Source: Eledone cirrhosa
Taxonomy: Eukaryota
Length of the DNA: 64,000 bases
Assembly: GCA_964016885.1 (NCBI GenBank)
Contig: OZ024743.1
Location: 371,752,001-371,816,000, forward strand
Reading direction: 5' to 3'
Position 1 is the first letter of the stretch. Each line of letters starts with the position of its first letter. Below are positions 50,756 to 63,730 of the stretch, piece by piece. The position numbers and the translations under genes are program-made. The notes beneath the pieces are model-generated. The model saw only the letters and a program-made list of their open reading frames with translations. It was not told where the DNA came from and made no database searches.

Positions 50756-52886
50756 TGTAGTGAAACCTATCCACACATTGACACACGGATGACATTTAAC
50801 AGTCATTTTCTAGGTTAGCTCCTTGTTGCACCAGTGGTCTGAGGTAGCAGGTCACTTTGGCGTGAAGACAAGATAGGTTCTCAAGGCAGTCGAACGGGAA
50901 CCTTACTACGGTAAGAACTCAACTCACAACAACACGCGCAAACCTCCCATTACAAATTGGTAACCCAGACATGACCGAACTGTTTGCAATAATTTTGCTT
51001 CAATTAATAAATATTTACCAAGCTTCACTTCATTATGGAACTATCACCAGCATCATCATTGTCATAAGCAGCAATATTCCTGCAGATCCGGACATTCTGG
51101 CCTTATGATCCTAACATTTGATTCAGATGCATCAAGACCCAATTTGAAACACGCAATATTTCAGCAGACAGGACTGTAGCGCTCTCTAGACAGGAAGTAG
51201 CTGGAGTTACTTCCCATTGAGGTTGCAGAACCTTCTTTGTGACTTCCGTCCAGGGAACTATAAAGGAGAGAGCTGAAAGCTATCTCCCTCTCTTTTCATT
51301 TTGTGGCTGCTGGCCTTCGGCCAGGCGTGTTCCGCCGAAGGTATATTCTCTCGCATCCTGATTAACTTTCTTTCGTCGTGAAATCACTAGCCAACATGTA
51401 ACACAACTTAAAGACGGCCTGGCAACACTTCAGCCAGTGGACCGTGTCTTCTGAAATCCTTAATTCATTGTTTCATCTCTCTTGGCATGTCAGATATTCA
51501 GCTCTACTCACCTCAATCTTCGTAAATAAATATTGTACATACAACCCAGTGTCCTGTTATAGGACCAACATTTCCTATGTTGTCGGCGCGCTTCCTCCCA
51601 AGAGCCTGCAGGAGATCCGGGATTTGCTTACAGCACCACCAGGCAAATATTCATATGCCACATTTAGGTCCGAGCTCGTAAAGTGAACATCCATCTCTCA
51701 GCAGCAACAGATTAACCAGCTGCTTTATTCAGAGGAGTTAGGCATTAGGAAGCCGTCACAATTCTTGAGACAGTTAAAGCAACTATTGGGAGAGAACACC
51801 ATGGAGTTAGCTATCTTAAAACAACTTTTCTTACAAAGGCTGCCGCCAGTCACTCGCAGTATTTTGGTGGCCAGTGAAGTATCCACCCCAATCGAGGAGC
51901 TGGCAGATTCAGCCGATAGAATCATGGAGGTAGCAGCGCCATTGTCACTTGTGACCCAGGAGACACACACACATCCAATAGTAAACTCTTTTTCTTCCTC
52001 ATTTTCTCCTTCTTCTCCTTCCTCATCTTCTGTTTCGGAGGTGGCGGCGCTCAAGGTTCAGGTAGAAAAACAGGACACGCAACTGAACGCACTTATGGCT
52101 AAACTGTACGTAAGTTCCTCAGCTTCATAAATTTTTACTGCCGGTTCAGAGTTTCTCCAGCCGCTAACAGACATCCTACAGCAGTGCAAACGGAAGAACC
52201 AGCTTATCATTTTTGATGATGCTCAAGCAGCTGCTTTTCTTAAAGTCAAGTGGGCCTTAGCAGAGGCCACAATGTTGGTTCTAGATAGTGCGCCAACTGG
52301 ATTTTATATTCCAGTATACTATCGACCTACATGGCAAACCTGCCACCCATTACCCTTCACCTTTAAAGCATCACTACTCAAGTTCCATCTGACATACATC
52401 AATGGACATACTATCAGAGCTCCTTTGCAACCACCATACTCAGGAGCCTACCAAGTATTGAAAAGGACACCCAAGCCTTTCATTTTGGACATTAATGGAA
52501 AGAGGGATGCTGTCAGTATCAGCTAAAAAAAGCTCATGTGGATTTGGATGAACCCTCATCATCATCAGACCAAGTTAACCCAACATCAATGCTCCCATCC
52601 ACTGGCAATCCAAACTCTATGCCAACAACAAGCACTAGATCTGGTTGTCATGTGTACTGGTCATCTTGCTATGCCCAATATATCAAGTAACATTCCTCAT
52701 CTCAATTATAATTTATTCATTTTCATTTAATTATTTATTTATTTTATCATATTTACGGAAGGCGGCGGGGCAGGAGGGGTCTCTTTCTACGAGGGAAGTA
52801 TGTGACAGTTTTCAGTCTGAGGTCATTGGTTCTCCCTTTCACTAACTTTTCGACTATCAATCATTTCGATCTGTGCGGGAAACTAA
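50756..52886 (+). mobile_element. Degenerate Gypsy LTR retrotransposon: LTR 50756-50954, PBS, gag, deleted pol, PPT
   Basis: TGTA...TACA LTR; PBS tggtaacccagac; gag FWPYDP and RKPSQFLRQLKQL...LFLQRLP; integrase tail LQPPYSGAYQV. Confidence 0.8.
51175..51561 (+). mobile_element. Solo LTR nested in gag
   Basis: Starts TG, ends TA (mutated CA); GGAC target duplication on both sides; tataaa and aataaa inside. Confidence 0.7.
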
Positions 52887-55800
52887 TGTAGCAAAAGAAA
52901 TGTTCCCATTGTTCCTCTCACTGACATGGCCAATAAAAAGTGACCTTACACTCCACTGAGAGAACAACACATAAACTCTCCGGATGCTGATTTGATGGCG
53001 CCATTCCTAGGAAGGAGAACATAGCGGGAGGGCATTGATCTTTGATAAAAGAATAACTAGCGGTCCATATAAATAGGCTGTCCTGTAATCCTTTGACAGA
53101 GAGAAATTTCTATCACCAAAATAAGATGTTAGCTTCCCTTGTCACTGGGTTTGACTACTACCTTGACTACTAACGAATGATCTCTTGCTACTCTCTATTT
53201 CACCATAACAAAAAACAAAACATCGTCAACCTTTATGGTTTGTAGTAATTTTATGCTTTTTCCCTTTATTCACTGAAGTGAAGTAAATAGAATAATGTAC
53301 AAATCATAGATTTCCCAGGGGCTGTGACATGATAATACAAGACCCCTATCAGTAAAAACCCCTGGGAAATCTATGATTTGTACATTATTCTATGTACTAT
53401 ACATGCACCTTTGATGAGTTGTAGTGCACCTGAGCACTGTAAACAATAATTATCATTATTTCATACAACCTTGTAGGAGGTCCAGCTAAACCTGATACAA
53501 TACAGCGGCCCCTATCATTAAAGGACCTGGAAAATATCCTATGATATACAATCTCGTAGGGGCCCAGCTAAACTTGATAGTACAGCGGCCCCTATCATTA
53601 AAATATCTGGGAAATATTCTACGATATACAATCACGTCGGGGTCACCATTCATTTGTCTCTTCAACAACAACAGAAAATATCATTGTTTTTATTTTATAT
53701 TTTTCTCTTCCCTTGGATTCCTTTTGGCCTGCATTTTCCCTGTTGTTCTCTATTGCTTACTGGCATACCTTAATTCACGATGGCTAGCATTTCATTGCCA
53801 GTGTTTGCAGGCGACGTCCGTGTCTGGTTCGCCCAGATTGAATCGCATTTTGCTGCGAATGGCATAACATCCGAAGACAGACAACTACATATTCTTTTGA
53901 GTGCTATCCCGGCGTCTTTAACAACAGTGCTTAAGGATATGATTACTGATCTGGCCCCTGGAGCCACCTATGAGAGCGTTAAGCATGAGGTTCTGTGGCG
54001 TACCACGTTGTCCGCAGAGAGGAGGTTTCAAACCCTAGTAAATCACAAGCATTTGGGTGACCGGACGCCAAGCCAGTTCCTGCGTCGAATGAAAGAACTG
54101 GTGGAGGATGCTCCAGCTGATAGCGCCCTCCTGAGACAGCTTTTCTTTTCAAGGCTGCCGCCCAATGTCCAGGCGATATTGGCGCCTATGATGGAGACTA
54201 GCCCATCTTCGGCGGACAAAATTATGAGTTTCACAGGAAAGCCTGCCTCCTTCTCTACACCTCAGCTGCCGGCTGAGGTCTCTTCGTTCTCTCCAGCGGC
54301 TGCCATTCACACTGATCAGTCGCTCACATCTACGGCAATTCTTCAAGCCATAGCACAACTCACCAAAGAGGTGAGAAGATTGAGTTTATCCAGGGCTCAA
54401 TCACCCAGACGCCATCTACAGAGCCATTCCCCCTTGCCACGCCGCCGCCACACAAACAAACCAGGACTGTGCTACTATCACATCCGTTTTGGCGCGGCAG
54501 CACGCTCTTGTAAACAGCCCTGTTCGTTTTCCATCCAGGGAAACGAATTTCAGGAGACCTCAGCACGGCAGTCTCCTCTGACACTCCCAAATAATCGTGC
54601 GTTCTTCATAACTGACACGTTTTCCTGGCACGATGTCTGGTGGGTACAGGCGCTGCTTGCAGCATATGGCCGCTAAAACTTCTCAAAGAGAAGCCGCCAG
54701 TTTCATCCATTTCTCTGCAAGCCGTAAATCATTCTCCTATTTCCACGTATGGACAAATTTCTCGTTCTTTGAACCTGGAATTGCGAAGAGACTTCACGTG
54801 GATTTTCACAGTCGCTGATTTGCCTTACCCTATTCTAGGCTCGGATTTCCTGCACCACTATAACCTCTTAGTGGATATGCGCAGACGCCGGTTGTTGGAT
54901 GCTAATACGGAACTCTCTGTTCCGGGTTTGAGATCTACTGTCTCATCTATCAGCCCGGTATTCTTCATCGCCGCTTCCGAGGACCCTTTCCAGTCGCTTC
55001 TAAATTCCTTCCCAGAATTGATAAATTTGAATTTTGTGGTGAGCAAGCCTACTCACTCCACAAAACATTATATCAAAACTTCTGGCGCTCCTGTATTTTC
55101 TCGCCCTCGCCGCCTCCCTGCGGAGAAATTGAAAGCAGCGAAGGCTGAATTTAACCACATGCTACAGCTGGGGATCATACGCCCTTCCTCCAGTCCATGG
55201 GCCTCTCCTTTCCCTTTGGTTCAAAAGCGTTCCGGCGATTGGTGTCTGACTGGGGACTTTTGCCGATTAAACGCGATCCCACACATTCAGGATTTTGCTT
55301 CTTCCTTACATGGATGCAGTTTTTTCTAAACTGGATTTAGTCAGAGCGTATCATTAGATGCCACTTAATCCAGCGGATATTTCGAAGACTGCTATCACTA
55401 CACCCTTTGGTGCTTTTGAGTTCCTAATGATGCCCTTTGGTCTACGCAACGCCGCTAGTACCTTTCAACGCTTCATGGACGAAATCACCAGAGACCTGGA
55501 TTTTGTTTACTGCTATATAGACGATGTACTCATTGCTAGCACATGTTAAACACCTTCGTTTGTTATTTCAACGGTTTAAGAAGTACCAAGTTCGCATTAA
55601 CCCCGTGAAGTGTATATTTGGTGTGTCTTCGCTAGTTTTTCTAGGACACATCATTAGTCCTACAGCTCTTCAGGAATTACCTCCTCCTACATCATTACGT
55701 CAGTTCTTGGGACTGCTAAATTATTACCGTCGATTTATTCCACATGTGCTGAGCGCATAGCACCTCTTTCTGAACTGTTGCGGAATCTAAGGTGCACAAA

Positions 55801-56575
55801 CACATTCGAGCACCTCTAGGCACATTCAACACTCCTGATGCCCACTTTGAGCATATTCATATCAACCTAGTTGGACCTTGGCCGGTCAGTCATAGATATA
55901 CATACCTTCTTATGTGTATCGACCGCTTTACACGTTGGCCTGAAGCCATTCCTCTCAAAGAGATTTCAGCAGAATCGGTAGCACGAGCTCTGACGTCTGG
56001 CTGGATTTCGCGTTACGGTATCCCTTCCACGATCACCACTGACGGACAATTTGAATCACATCTCTTCCATGAACTTTCTAAAATCTTAGGGATACGTCGG
56101 ATTAGAACTACTAGTTACCATCCGGCGTCAAATGGCATGATAGAACGCTTTCATCGCCAATTAAAAGCAACATTGCGTGCTTATCCCGACCAGCAAAGAT
56201 GGAGTGAATGTCTACCAATTATTCTTCTTGGCTGTCGCGCGGTGGTCAGGGAGGATCTTGGATATTCCCCAGCAGAATTGCTATACGGAACATCTTTATC
56301 TTTGCCGGGACAGATGTTAGTCCCAGTCGACGCATTGCGGGAAGATCCGACGTTATATATTAACCGTTTGCGATCATATTTCAACGATCTTCCGCCTATG
56401 GGAACACATCAACAGACAATTAAATCTTCGGTTTCTAAAAACATTACTTCTTGGACTCACGTTTTTCTAGTTAAGACTCAGTGAAAGGACCACTTGTACC
56501 ACCATATACAGGACCCTACTGTGTCCTGGCAAAAACGGACAAACTTTTTACCATAGACATTTGTGGTAGGAAACA
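52887..56575 (+). mobile_element. Second degenerate Gypsy element: LTR-like start, gag 53780-54560, pol fragments (protease, RT, integrase)
   Basis: WFAQIESHF, LGDRTPSQFL, CYYHIRFG...C; ILGSDFL; MPFGLRNA, YIDD; [25 protein letters not shown]. Confidence 0.88.
53287..53393. repeat. Perfect 35-bp inverted repeat with 37-nt spacer (small MITE-like)
   Basis: atagaataatgtacaaatcatagatttcccagggg / cccctgggaaatctatgatttgtacattattctat. Confidence 0.9.
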
Positions 56576-56579
56576 CACA

Positions 56580-57135
56580 ACCTAACCAACTTAAACTCGA
56601 CAAATATGCCTTTAGCCTCGTCGTTGTTTCCCTCTACACGACAGTACCCGCCCATCCAGTGGTCAACCTGTTGACTGACAGCATCATTTCATACAACATA
56701 TACTGTTTCAGCCTCACTCCCCAGGAAATACATCAGCTTCTATCCATCATCGTAGAAAATACATATTTCACTTTCCACCACTACACATACAAACAAACAA
56801 CAGGCCTACCCATGAAATCCAGTCTTTCAGGCCTTCTGGCCACCACCTATATGAACCAACTGGAATGTCGAGCACTCAACACCTGCTGCTCCTATGTTTT
56901 CTTCATCCGATACATAGATGATATACTTATCCTCATATTTTTGAAAATAGCATATATTTTCACTAGCTCTGACAGTTTGGCAGGTGATCAGTGAGCTGTA
57001 CTGATGAAGGATGATACCCAGAGACATTAGTGTCTGCAGTTCTGTTCATATGACAACACAAGAGCAAGAATGAAGAGTTCATTCTACTGACATGGCTATA
57101 AAATTGAGGCTTGTTTGCATAATTGCAAACGAATC
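56580..57135 (+). mobile_element. Penelope-like RT fragment plus pLTR with mutated hammerhead (56993-57042)
   Basis: SLYTTVP, YKQTTGLPMKSSLS, RYIDDI; gagctgta CTGATGA..GAGAC attagt GTC tgcagttc. Confidence 0.7.
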
Positions 57136-57143
57136 GAATGTTA

Positions 57144-57943
57144 TCTTTATATATATAAAATTAAGTATGTGTGCGTGTGTGTCTGTGTATTACCTATAGG
57201 GGCCTACATCTTACGACCGATTTTCATGAAACTTTACAGGCTCATAGATTAGTCATCGGGGAGTGTTTTCTATATATCAGCGTATTGTTTTTTTTTTATT
57301 CCGGGGTCATTCTGCAGATAAAAATCGATAGGGAGGGGGGGGGGGGGTCACCTTTTTTTAGGTATCGAAAAATAAGATTTTTGGCATTAGCTCCCACATG
57401 TTGCCACCGATTTCGTTCAAATTTTAAAGCAAAATAGAATTTAACATTGCACATCCTGTAATGGTTTTATATTTTGCATTTGTTGTTCAGGGACGGCGTG
57501 GCAGCCGCTTAAATATTCAAAAATACCACTTTTAGACTCAAATTTCCACTTTAATCAACCTACTTTGTTCAAATTTTACACTACGCTAGATCTGATTATT
57601 TCACGTCTTAAAGTGGCTTTACATTTTGAATTTTTTGTTCAGAAACGGCGTGGCAGCCGCTTAAATATTCAAAAATACCACCTTTTCACTCAAATTTCCG
57701 CCTTTTCGGCTCTAGCTCCCACATTTTTCAACCGATTTCGTTCAAATTCGAAATTTCCTCCCCCAGCATGCCCCTTCGTCAGTCACCCGCGTTTTTCAGT
57801 GATAGAGGTCATCACCACCCTCCTCCGCATGGCCTGTGTGTGGCCATAGATGAGTCATCGAGAAGCAGTCGCTAAGATCAACACCTTTTCATCAAGGCAG
57901 ATATTATTTTACCTACTCAGGCAATGCTGGGTACTGCTGCTAG
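57144..57943 (+). mobile_element. Non-autonomous Helitron
   Basis: A|TCtttatatatataaaa start, GT repeat, ccgattttcatgaaactt, 3' hairpin remnant and CTAG|T end. Confidence 0.8.
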
Positions 57944-57971
57944 TTATTAATATTCGAAAAACTCAGATTTC

Positions 57972-58010
<39 letters not shown>

Positions 58011-58080
58011 AGAAAAAGAGAATCAGTGTTGCGACAAAAGGAATTTATCGGACATATTACATATATATATATATTTATAA

Positions 58081-58270
58081 TAATTGTTTCTACTTTTGGC
58101 ACAAGGCCAGCAATTACATAGTGCATTACTGGTACTTTATTTTATCGACCCCCGTAAGGATGAAAGGCAAAGTTAACCTCGGTGGGATTTGAACTCAGAA
58201 TGGCAAGGGCCATAACTCTATGCATCAAAGCATGGCGTCCAACCTGCTACCGATATTGCCAATCTACTGA
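58081..58270 (-). mobile_element. tRNA-derived SINE (second family)
   Basis: Minus strand ttctgagttcaaatcccaccgaggttaactttgcctttcatcc...ggtcgataaa...tggccttgtgccaaaagtagaaac. Confidence 0.7.
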
Positions 58271-58380
58271 AATGAACTTATCGAATATGACTAATAAACC
58301 TTCACTCATTTTCACACTCACTCAGTGATTTAATTAAGTCAGTATCAATAAAATACCAACCAAAGGAAAGCAGTGTACAC

Positions 58381-58494
58381 TATTAGTCTGGGGCCAAAAA
58401 AGTTTTCTACCGACACAAAGTCGTTTTTCTCACTATTTATAGTGAGAAAAACGACTTTGTGTCGGTAGAAAACTTTTTTGGCCCCAGACTAATA
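58381..58494. mobile_element. Perfect palindromic MITE (56-bp arms, 2-nt loop), MADE1-like
   Basis: Exact reverse-complement arms 58381-58436 and 58439-58494 with terminal TA. Confidence 0.85.
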
Positions 58495-58693
58495 CATTAG
58501 TTTCTGCTACTCCATCTGCTGGCAACAGTCCATATGGAACCAGCGTGCACAAAAATTAGGCAATGCTAGTATGCATGATGTAATAGGTTAATAGCAGCTT
58601 CATCAGTGAAAACTTAACCTCTCTGGAACAGGTCAGCTACGAATATATATATATATATACACAAACACACATACACAGATACATACATATATG

Positions 58694-59310
58694 GATGATC
58701 AGTAGGTGAAGAAATGCCAAAAAATCCGAGTAGAAGGAATCCACAGTAGAGGTAGACCAAGGAAGACCTGGGCAGAGGTGGTGAGAGCTGATCTCAAATC
58801 GCTGAAACTTAGAGATGAAGTGCCAGAAAATGCCAGTGGAAGGAAGGCACAGAATATATGTAAATAATATATGTATGTTGTTTTCAGCCTGTACTTAAAT
58901 TCTGTCTCTAGTTTATTTTCCTTAGGGACTTTGGCTGTAAAACTAACCACAATTTTACCACCACCATCATCAATATATGTATATACACACATCATCATCA
59001 TTTTTACATCCATTTCTCCATACTTGCTTGTGTTGGACGGGTCCTATTCAACACAGCATCTTTCCACACACTACATTCCTTCATCATCTCTGTGAGTCTC
59101 AGCGATTTGAGATCAGCTCTCATCACCTCCACCCAGGTCTTCCTTGGTCTACCTCTACTGTGGATTCCTTCTACTGGGATTTCTTAGCACTTCTTCACCT
59201 GCTGATCATCTTCCAAACACATCACATGTCCTTAGCAATGCAGTCTTCTCTCTTGCACCCCACTTCAGATTCTTCTTAAACCCAGTTTCTCCCTCAGTTC
59301 ATCCAAGGTT
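58694..59310. mobile_element. Two RTE C-terminal fragments in inverted orientation
   Basis: 58694-58806 (+, RGRPRKTW) is the reverse complement of ~59099-59210. Confidence 0.7.
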
Positions 59311-59929
59311 TGCCCAAACAAATGGGTTGAACAATTAGAATTTTTGTCAATACAACAGAATGAAGACTCAATCGACGAATATCTAAATACATTAAAAACA
59401 ATAGCTGAAAGATGTGACTTCGGCATAAACAAGGATGAAAGAATCATTGAACAAATAAGTGGGCAGATGAAAAAAGAAACATCATAAATAAACAAAATCT
59501 TACTCTTAAGGTAGCTATTAAATGCATAAGGACATATGAAGCTACAATAAAACACAGTACATGAAACAAAGATGTCAGTGAAAAGTAACAGGTACATGTT
59601 ATGAAATAACAACGAAAAATACCAATGTGGAAGATGTATAGCAGGTTTAATGCTGGGGCGAATGGTTGTGTTGTGGTGTTGATTCGGTTGTTGAGTGTTT
59701 ACTCACTTGTGGATTGCTCAGTGGTGTGGTCACTGTTGTGTAGAGTGTAGGCAAGAGAAGCTTGATGTGCCTGATACAGTGTGACAAGAGATTGCGGGTG
59801 TGCAAGTGAGTAAGTGTTCATTATGATGATATCATATTTCCTGTGCAAGTAATTTACCTTGATCACGTAGGAAATGAAATATATAAACCACAATAACACA
59901 AAGCTGCTATGTTATTAATTTATTAAATA

Positions 59930-60366
59930 CTAGCAGAATGGCCCAGCGTTGCTCGGAATTTGCTCTAGGGTTCTTATATATTTGATATATATTTATCCTT
60001 ATCGAGCCTCGTGAAATAAATACGTTTGTTTATATTTTGTTATTGTGTATGCAAAAATATCTGTACACGAATATATAATTATATATATATATATATATAT
60101 TAAAATAACAGATTAAAGTTTAAGCAAAGAATCCTTAACGGGGTCTTCTGAAACTAAAAAAATCAATGACTAAGTGTTATAGAGAGAGATCGCTAAATTA
60201 CCTAATGCGGTCCACAGGGCATTGAAAATTTGAAATTGTTTTAGCTCAAAACACTCACAGGACCATAAGTATTACATGTGTAAAGTTTGAAAACAATCAG
60301 TTGGGTGGTTCTCGAGTTTTAGTGATCGGACAGACAGACAGACATTCTCTGTTTTAGATATATAGA
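59930..60366 (-). mobile_element. Non-autonomous Helitron
   Basis: Minus strand A|TCtatatatc...(ctgt)n...ccgagcaacgctgggcc attctgCTAG|T. Confidence 0.85.
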
Positions 60367-62451
60367 TAACTTTCGCTGAAGTTATATGACAATACACGAA
60401 GAACAAATAACCACAGATCAATTGTGTGATGGTATGTGTCAGGATGATGTGTATGCCTGTTTGCTTGTATTTTAGCAGGATATAAAATGAAAATATTTAT
60501 ATTTGTATCAACAGAGGTCACCAATATAGCAGATATTTAATAGTCACCAGTTTAGCTGTTAAATAATATTACGCCATGTAATAATAATATCAACGACAAT
60601 AATAATAATAATGATGTATTTTGTTGTAACAGGAAAGGTATAGTTTTGTTATATCAATGAATATAACGGTTTTGTTATATGGCAATGTTAGTTGAATTGA
60701 GGTTCGGCTGTAAATCTCAGGTTCTGTTGCTGCTGTGATAACTCTGGAAGGGATCTTTCCATATCACATTTAAAGGCATGGCTGTGGTAATAACATCACA
60801 AGACTTTACAATGTTTTTACATATTTTATTTACAAACCGATTACAAAGAAATAAACAAATTAAGAGTTTAGAAGGTACGGTCAACTGGCTGAAGTGCTGT
60901 CCAGGTCTGTAGTTATGTCGTCATTACATATTGGCTAGTGGTTTCATGGCAAAAGAAAAGTGGTGCTTACCTTTCCACAGTTGAAGCATCAAGAGATAGA
61001 GTTTATCGAAAGTAGCAGGAAAATCTCAGTTTAGGTGGAAGTTGAAAATACATATCCGTGCACGGCTCACAATTGGCCTGACTTAGCCAAATCACGCACG
61101 AATAGCCTATCAACGCGCCAAAGGAAAGTAGCTTGCTACAGCATGATTAAAAATGTATTTACCAAACTTCTGTTAATGTGATGAATTTCGTTGGCTTGGC
61201 AGAGAGAGACCAAGAGAGGAGAGAAAGAGAGAGAGAGAGTGAGTAAGATCTAGAGGGTCTATGTAAAGCAGTGGACTACATGTTAACTCTTAGAATTCAA
61301 CTCTTGACTGAACTGGCTATTCTGAAAGCTGGCTATTTATGAATATACCTGCCTTTGTCTCCAAGACTTGAGAAAAAGCAGATGGCTATTTGATACATTA
61401 AAATCTCAGGCATATTGGCGCTTGAAAGTCATTCACAATGAGAAGTTATCTATGAGGCCACAGATGTCATCTTCTTGGTGGCTAAATGATAGTGTATGAT
61501 AATGTAAATGTAAAACAAACTCTTTCGAAAAGAGTATCAAATTACTGCTACAGATGTGGGAAACCTGACAGAAAAAGAAATGAAAACTTATGCATTAACA
61601 GAAAACACAGAAAATGCCAAAGACTACATCATTTTGAAAAATTTTGCCTTACAAAAGCAACCGCATACTACCAGAAAACAAAGTCTGTACAGGTATAGAA
61701 AACAAAATATAGATAAGAAAAATATGAATGCTACTTACAAATCAGCATATGATTCAGACCAAGAAGAAGACTTGTATCTATACACTATAGAAAATAAAAA
61801 AGACAAAAGTCTTAATAACAGAAAGAGTAAGGAAATATTTGCTATCATAGAGTGTAAACACTCCTCTGAAAGAAAATACAAAAAAAAAAAAAATAGACAC
61901 TGGCGTCAATGAAAATATACTACCACTCAGGCTATACAAGATGATGTACCCTGCAACAAATCGATTAAAATGCTGGAAAAACGATGTTTGAAAAGAAAAC
62001 TAACTACCTTATGGGCAGTGAATGGCACCAGGATGTCACTATTGTGACATCCTGTGGTTCAGTAGTGCTCAACATTTCACACAAAAATTCCAAGACCTAG
62101 TATTATTATATCATTGTCGTAAACAAAGATTTTGGCTCAATAGTTTAGTATAATATCATCAGATATAAGAAAACAACTGCAAAACATAGAAGACCTTGAA
62201 AGTGAAAACCCTGACATATTTAAAAGAATTGGAAACTTTCCAGGGAAACAAAAAATACACGTTGAAAATGTAATACCAGTGGTACAACCTGCAAGGGCAC
62301 TTGAAAGATGAATTGAATAAAGAATTAAATAAAATGGAAGATATTGTTGAGATCAAAAAGTAAATGAACCAACAGACTGGGTGAATGCAATGGCATTTAG
62401 CAGAAAAAAATGGTGAGTTACGAATATGGTTAGATCGAAAACCATTGAATA

Positions 62452-63730
62452 CGAGGGGGCTTCAAAAAGTTTGTGGAAAAAGGACAGTTGGAAAAAACGG
62501 TTTAAGTTATGATGTTTATTTTTCAACGTATGCTCATCTAGGTGAATACACTTCTGTAAGCGTTGAGACTAGCCTTTAAGTCCATCTGTGTAAAACTGAG
62601 TGACATGCGATTTAAACCATATCAACGCAGTTTTTTCTACATCTTCAGCTGATGGAAAATGGGTACCTTTCAAAGATTTTTTCAGGTTTGGAAACAAAAA
62701 AAAGTCAGATGAGGCTAAATCAGGACTGTAAGGTAGGTGTCAGATGATTTCCCATCGAAATTCCTGTAACACAGCTCGTGTCTGCCAAGTGCATTGTCGT
62801 GGTGGAAGAGGATGCACCAATGCAGCTTCCCCAAGCATTTTTCCGTGATTTTCTTTGCCAGTTTTCTCAAAATGCCTTCATAATATGCAGCTGTAATTGT
62901 TCCTTTGTTCTTGAGGAAGTCAACAAGCAAAATCCCTTCAGCATCCCAGAAGACAGTCGCAATGACCTTCTCTCTTGAACGTTCTGATTTTGCCTTGACT
63001 GGCCCACTTCCACCTGTGGGCAGCCACTGCTTCGATTGAGTTTTGTCCTTGGGATCGTACTGGTGGAGCCACGTTTCATCCCTGGTCACAATTCTCTGCT
63101 GAAAAGCTTCATGGTCTTCATCCCACTTGTTCAAAATTTTCATCGAAAGATCTGCCCTTGTTTGCTGCTAATCTAGGTGCAACACCTCTGGACCCATCGA
63201 GCAAAAAGCTTGCTCAGCCCAAAACTCTCCACCAGAATTGCATAAGCAGAACCCATGGAGATATTGAGTGTGTTGGCTACTGATTCAGTGGTTATTCACC
63301 TATCCTTTTCAATTAGATCGCAAACAGCATCAATGTTTTCCACAGACTGTGGTGGATGGTCTGCCACTGCAGGGATCATCTTCAACTTCATCTCTTCCTC
63401 TTCTAAAATGACATCCATTTGTATGTTGTTGATTTTTCTGGGGCATTGTCCCGATAAACTTGCTCCAGAACATCAATGATTTGGTTGCTCTTCCACCCTA
63501 GCTTCACCATGAATTTGATGTTTGTCCTGGCTTCAATTTTGATGGAAGCCATGTTGCTTGAGTGAGTGCTGACTTCCGATTGGTGGCGTTGTGCTGCAAC
63601 ATGCATTTAAGGGTTCATGTTACATGTTATGACACATTAGTATGAGAACATACAGGTGCATTGAGATCAAAATCCCTTCATATGATTTTTAGCTATGTAC
63701 TTTTTCTGCGAAATTTTTGAAGCCCCCACG
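62452..63730 (-). mobile_element. Full-length but mutated mariner transposon, irritans subfamily (Hsmar2-like), 1279 bp
   Basis: TA TSD; TIRs cgagggggcttcaaaaagttt / aaatttttgaagcccccacg; transposase IEARTNIKFMVKLGWK, RIVTRDETW, HHDNA. Confidence 0.93.

Noticed and set aside
60740-61480. Possible LTR or host promoter/exon
   Set aside because: No termini, TSD, ORF or splice evidence I can support
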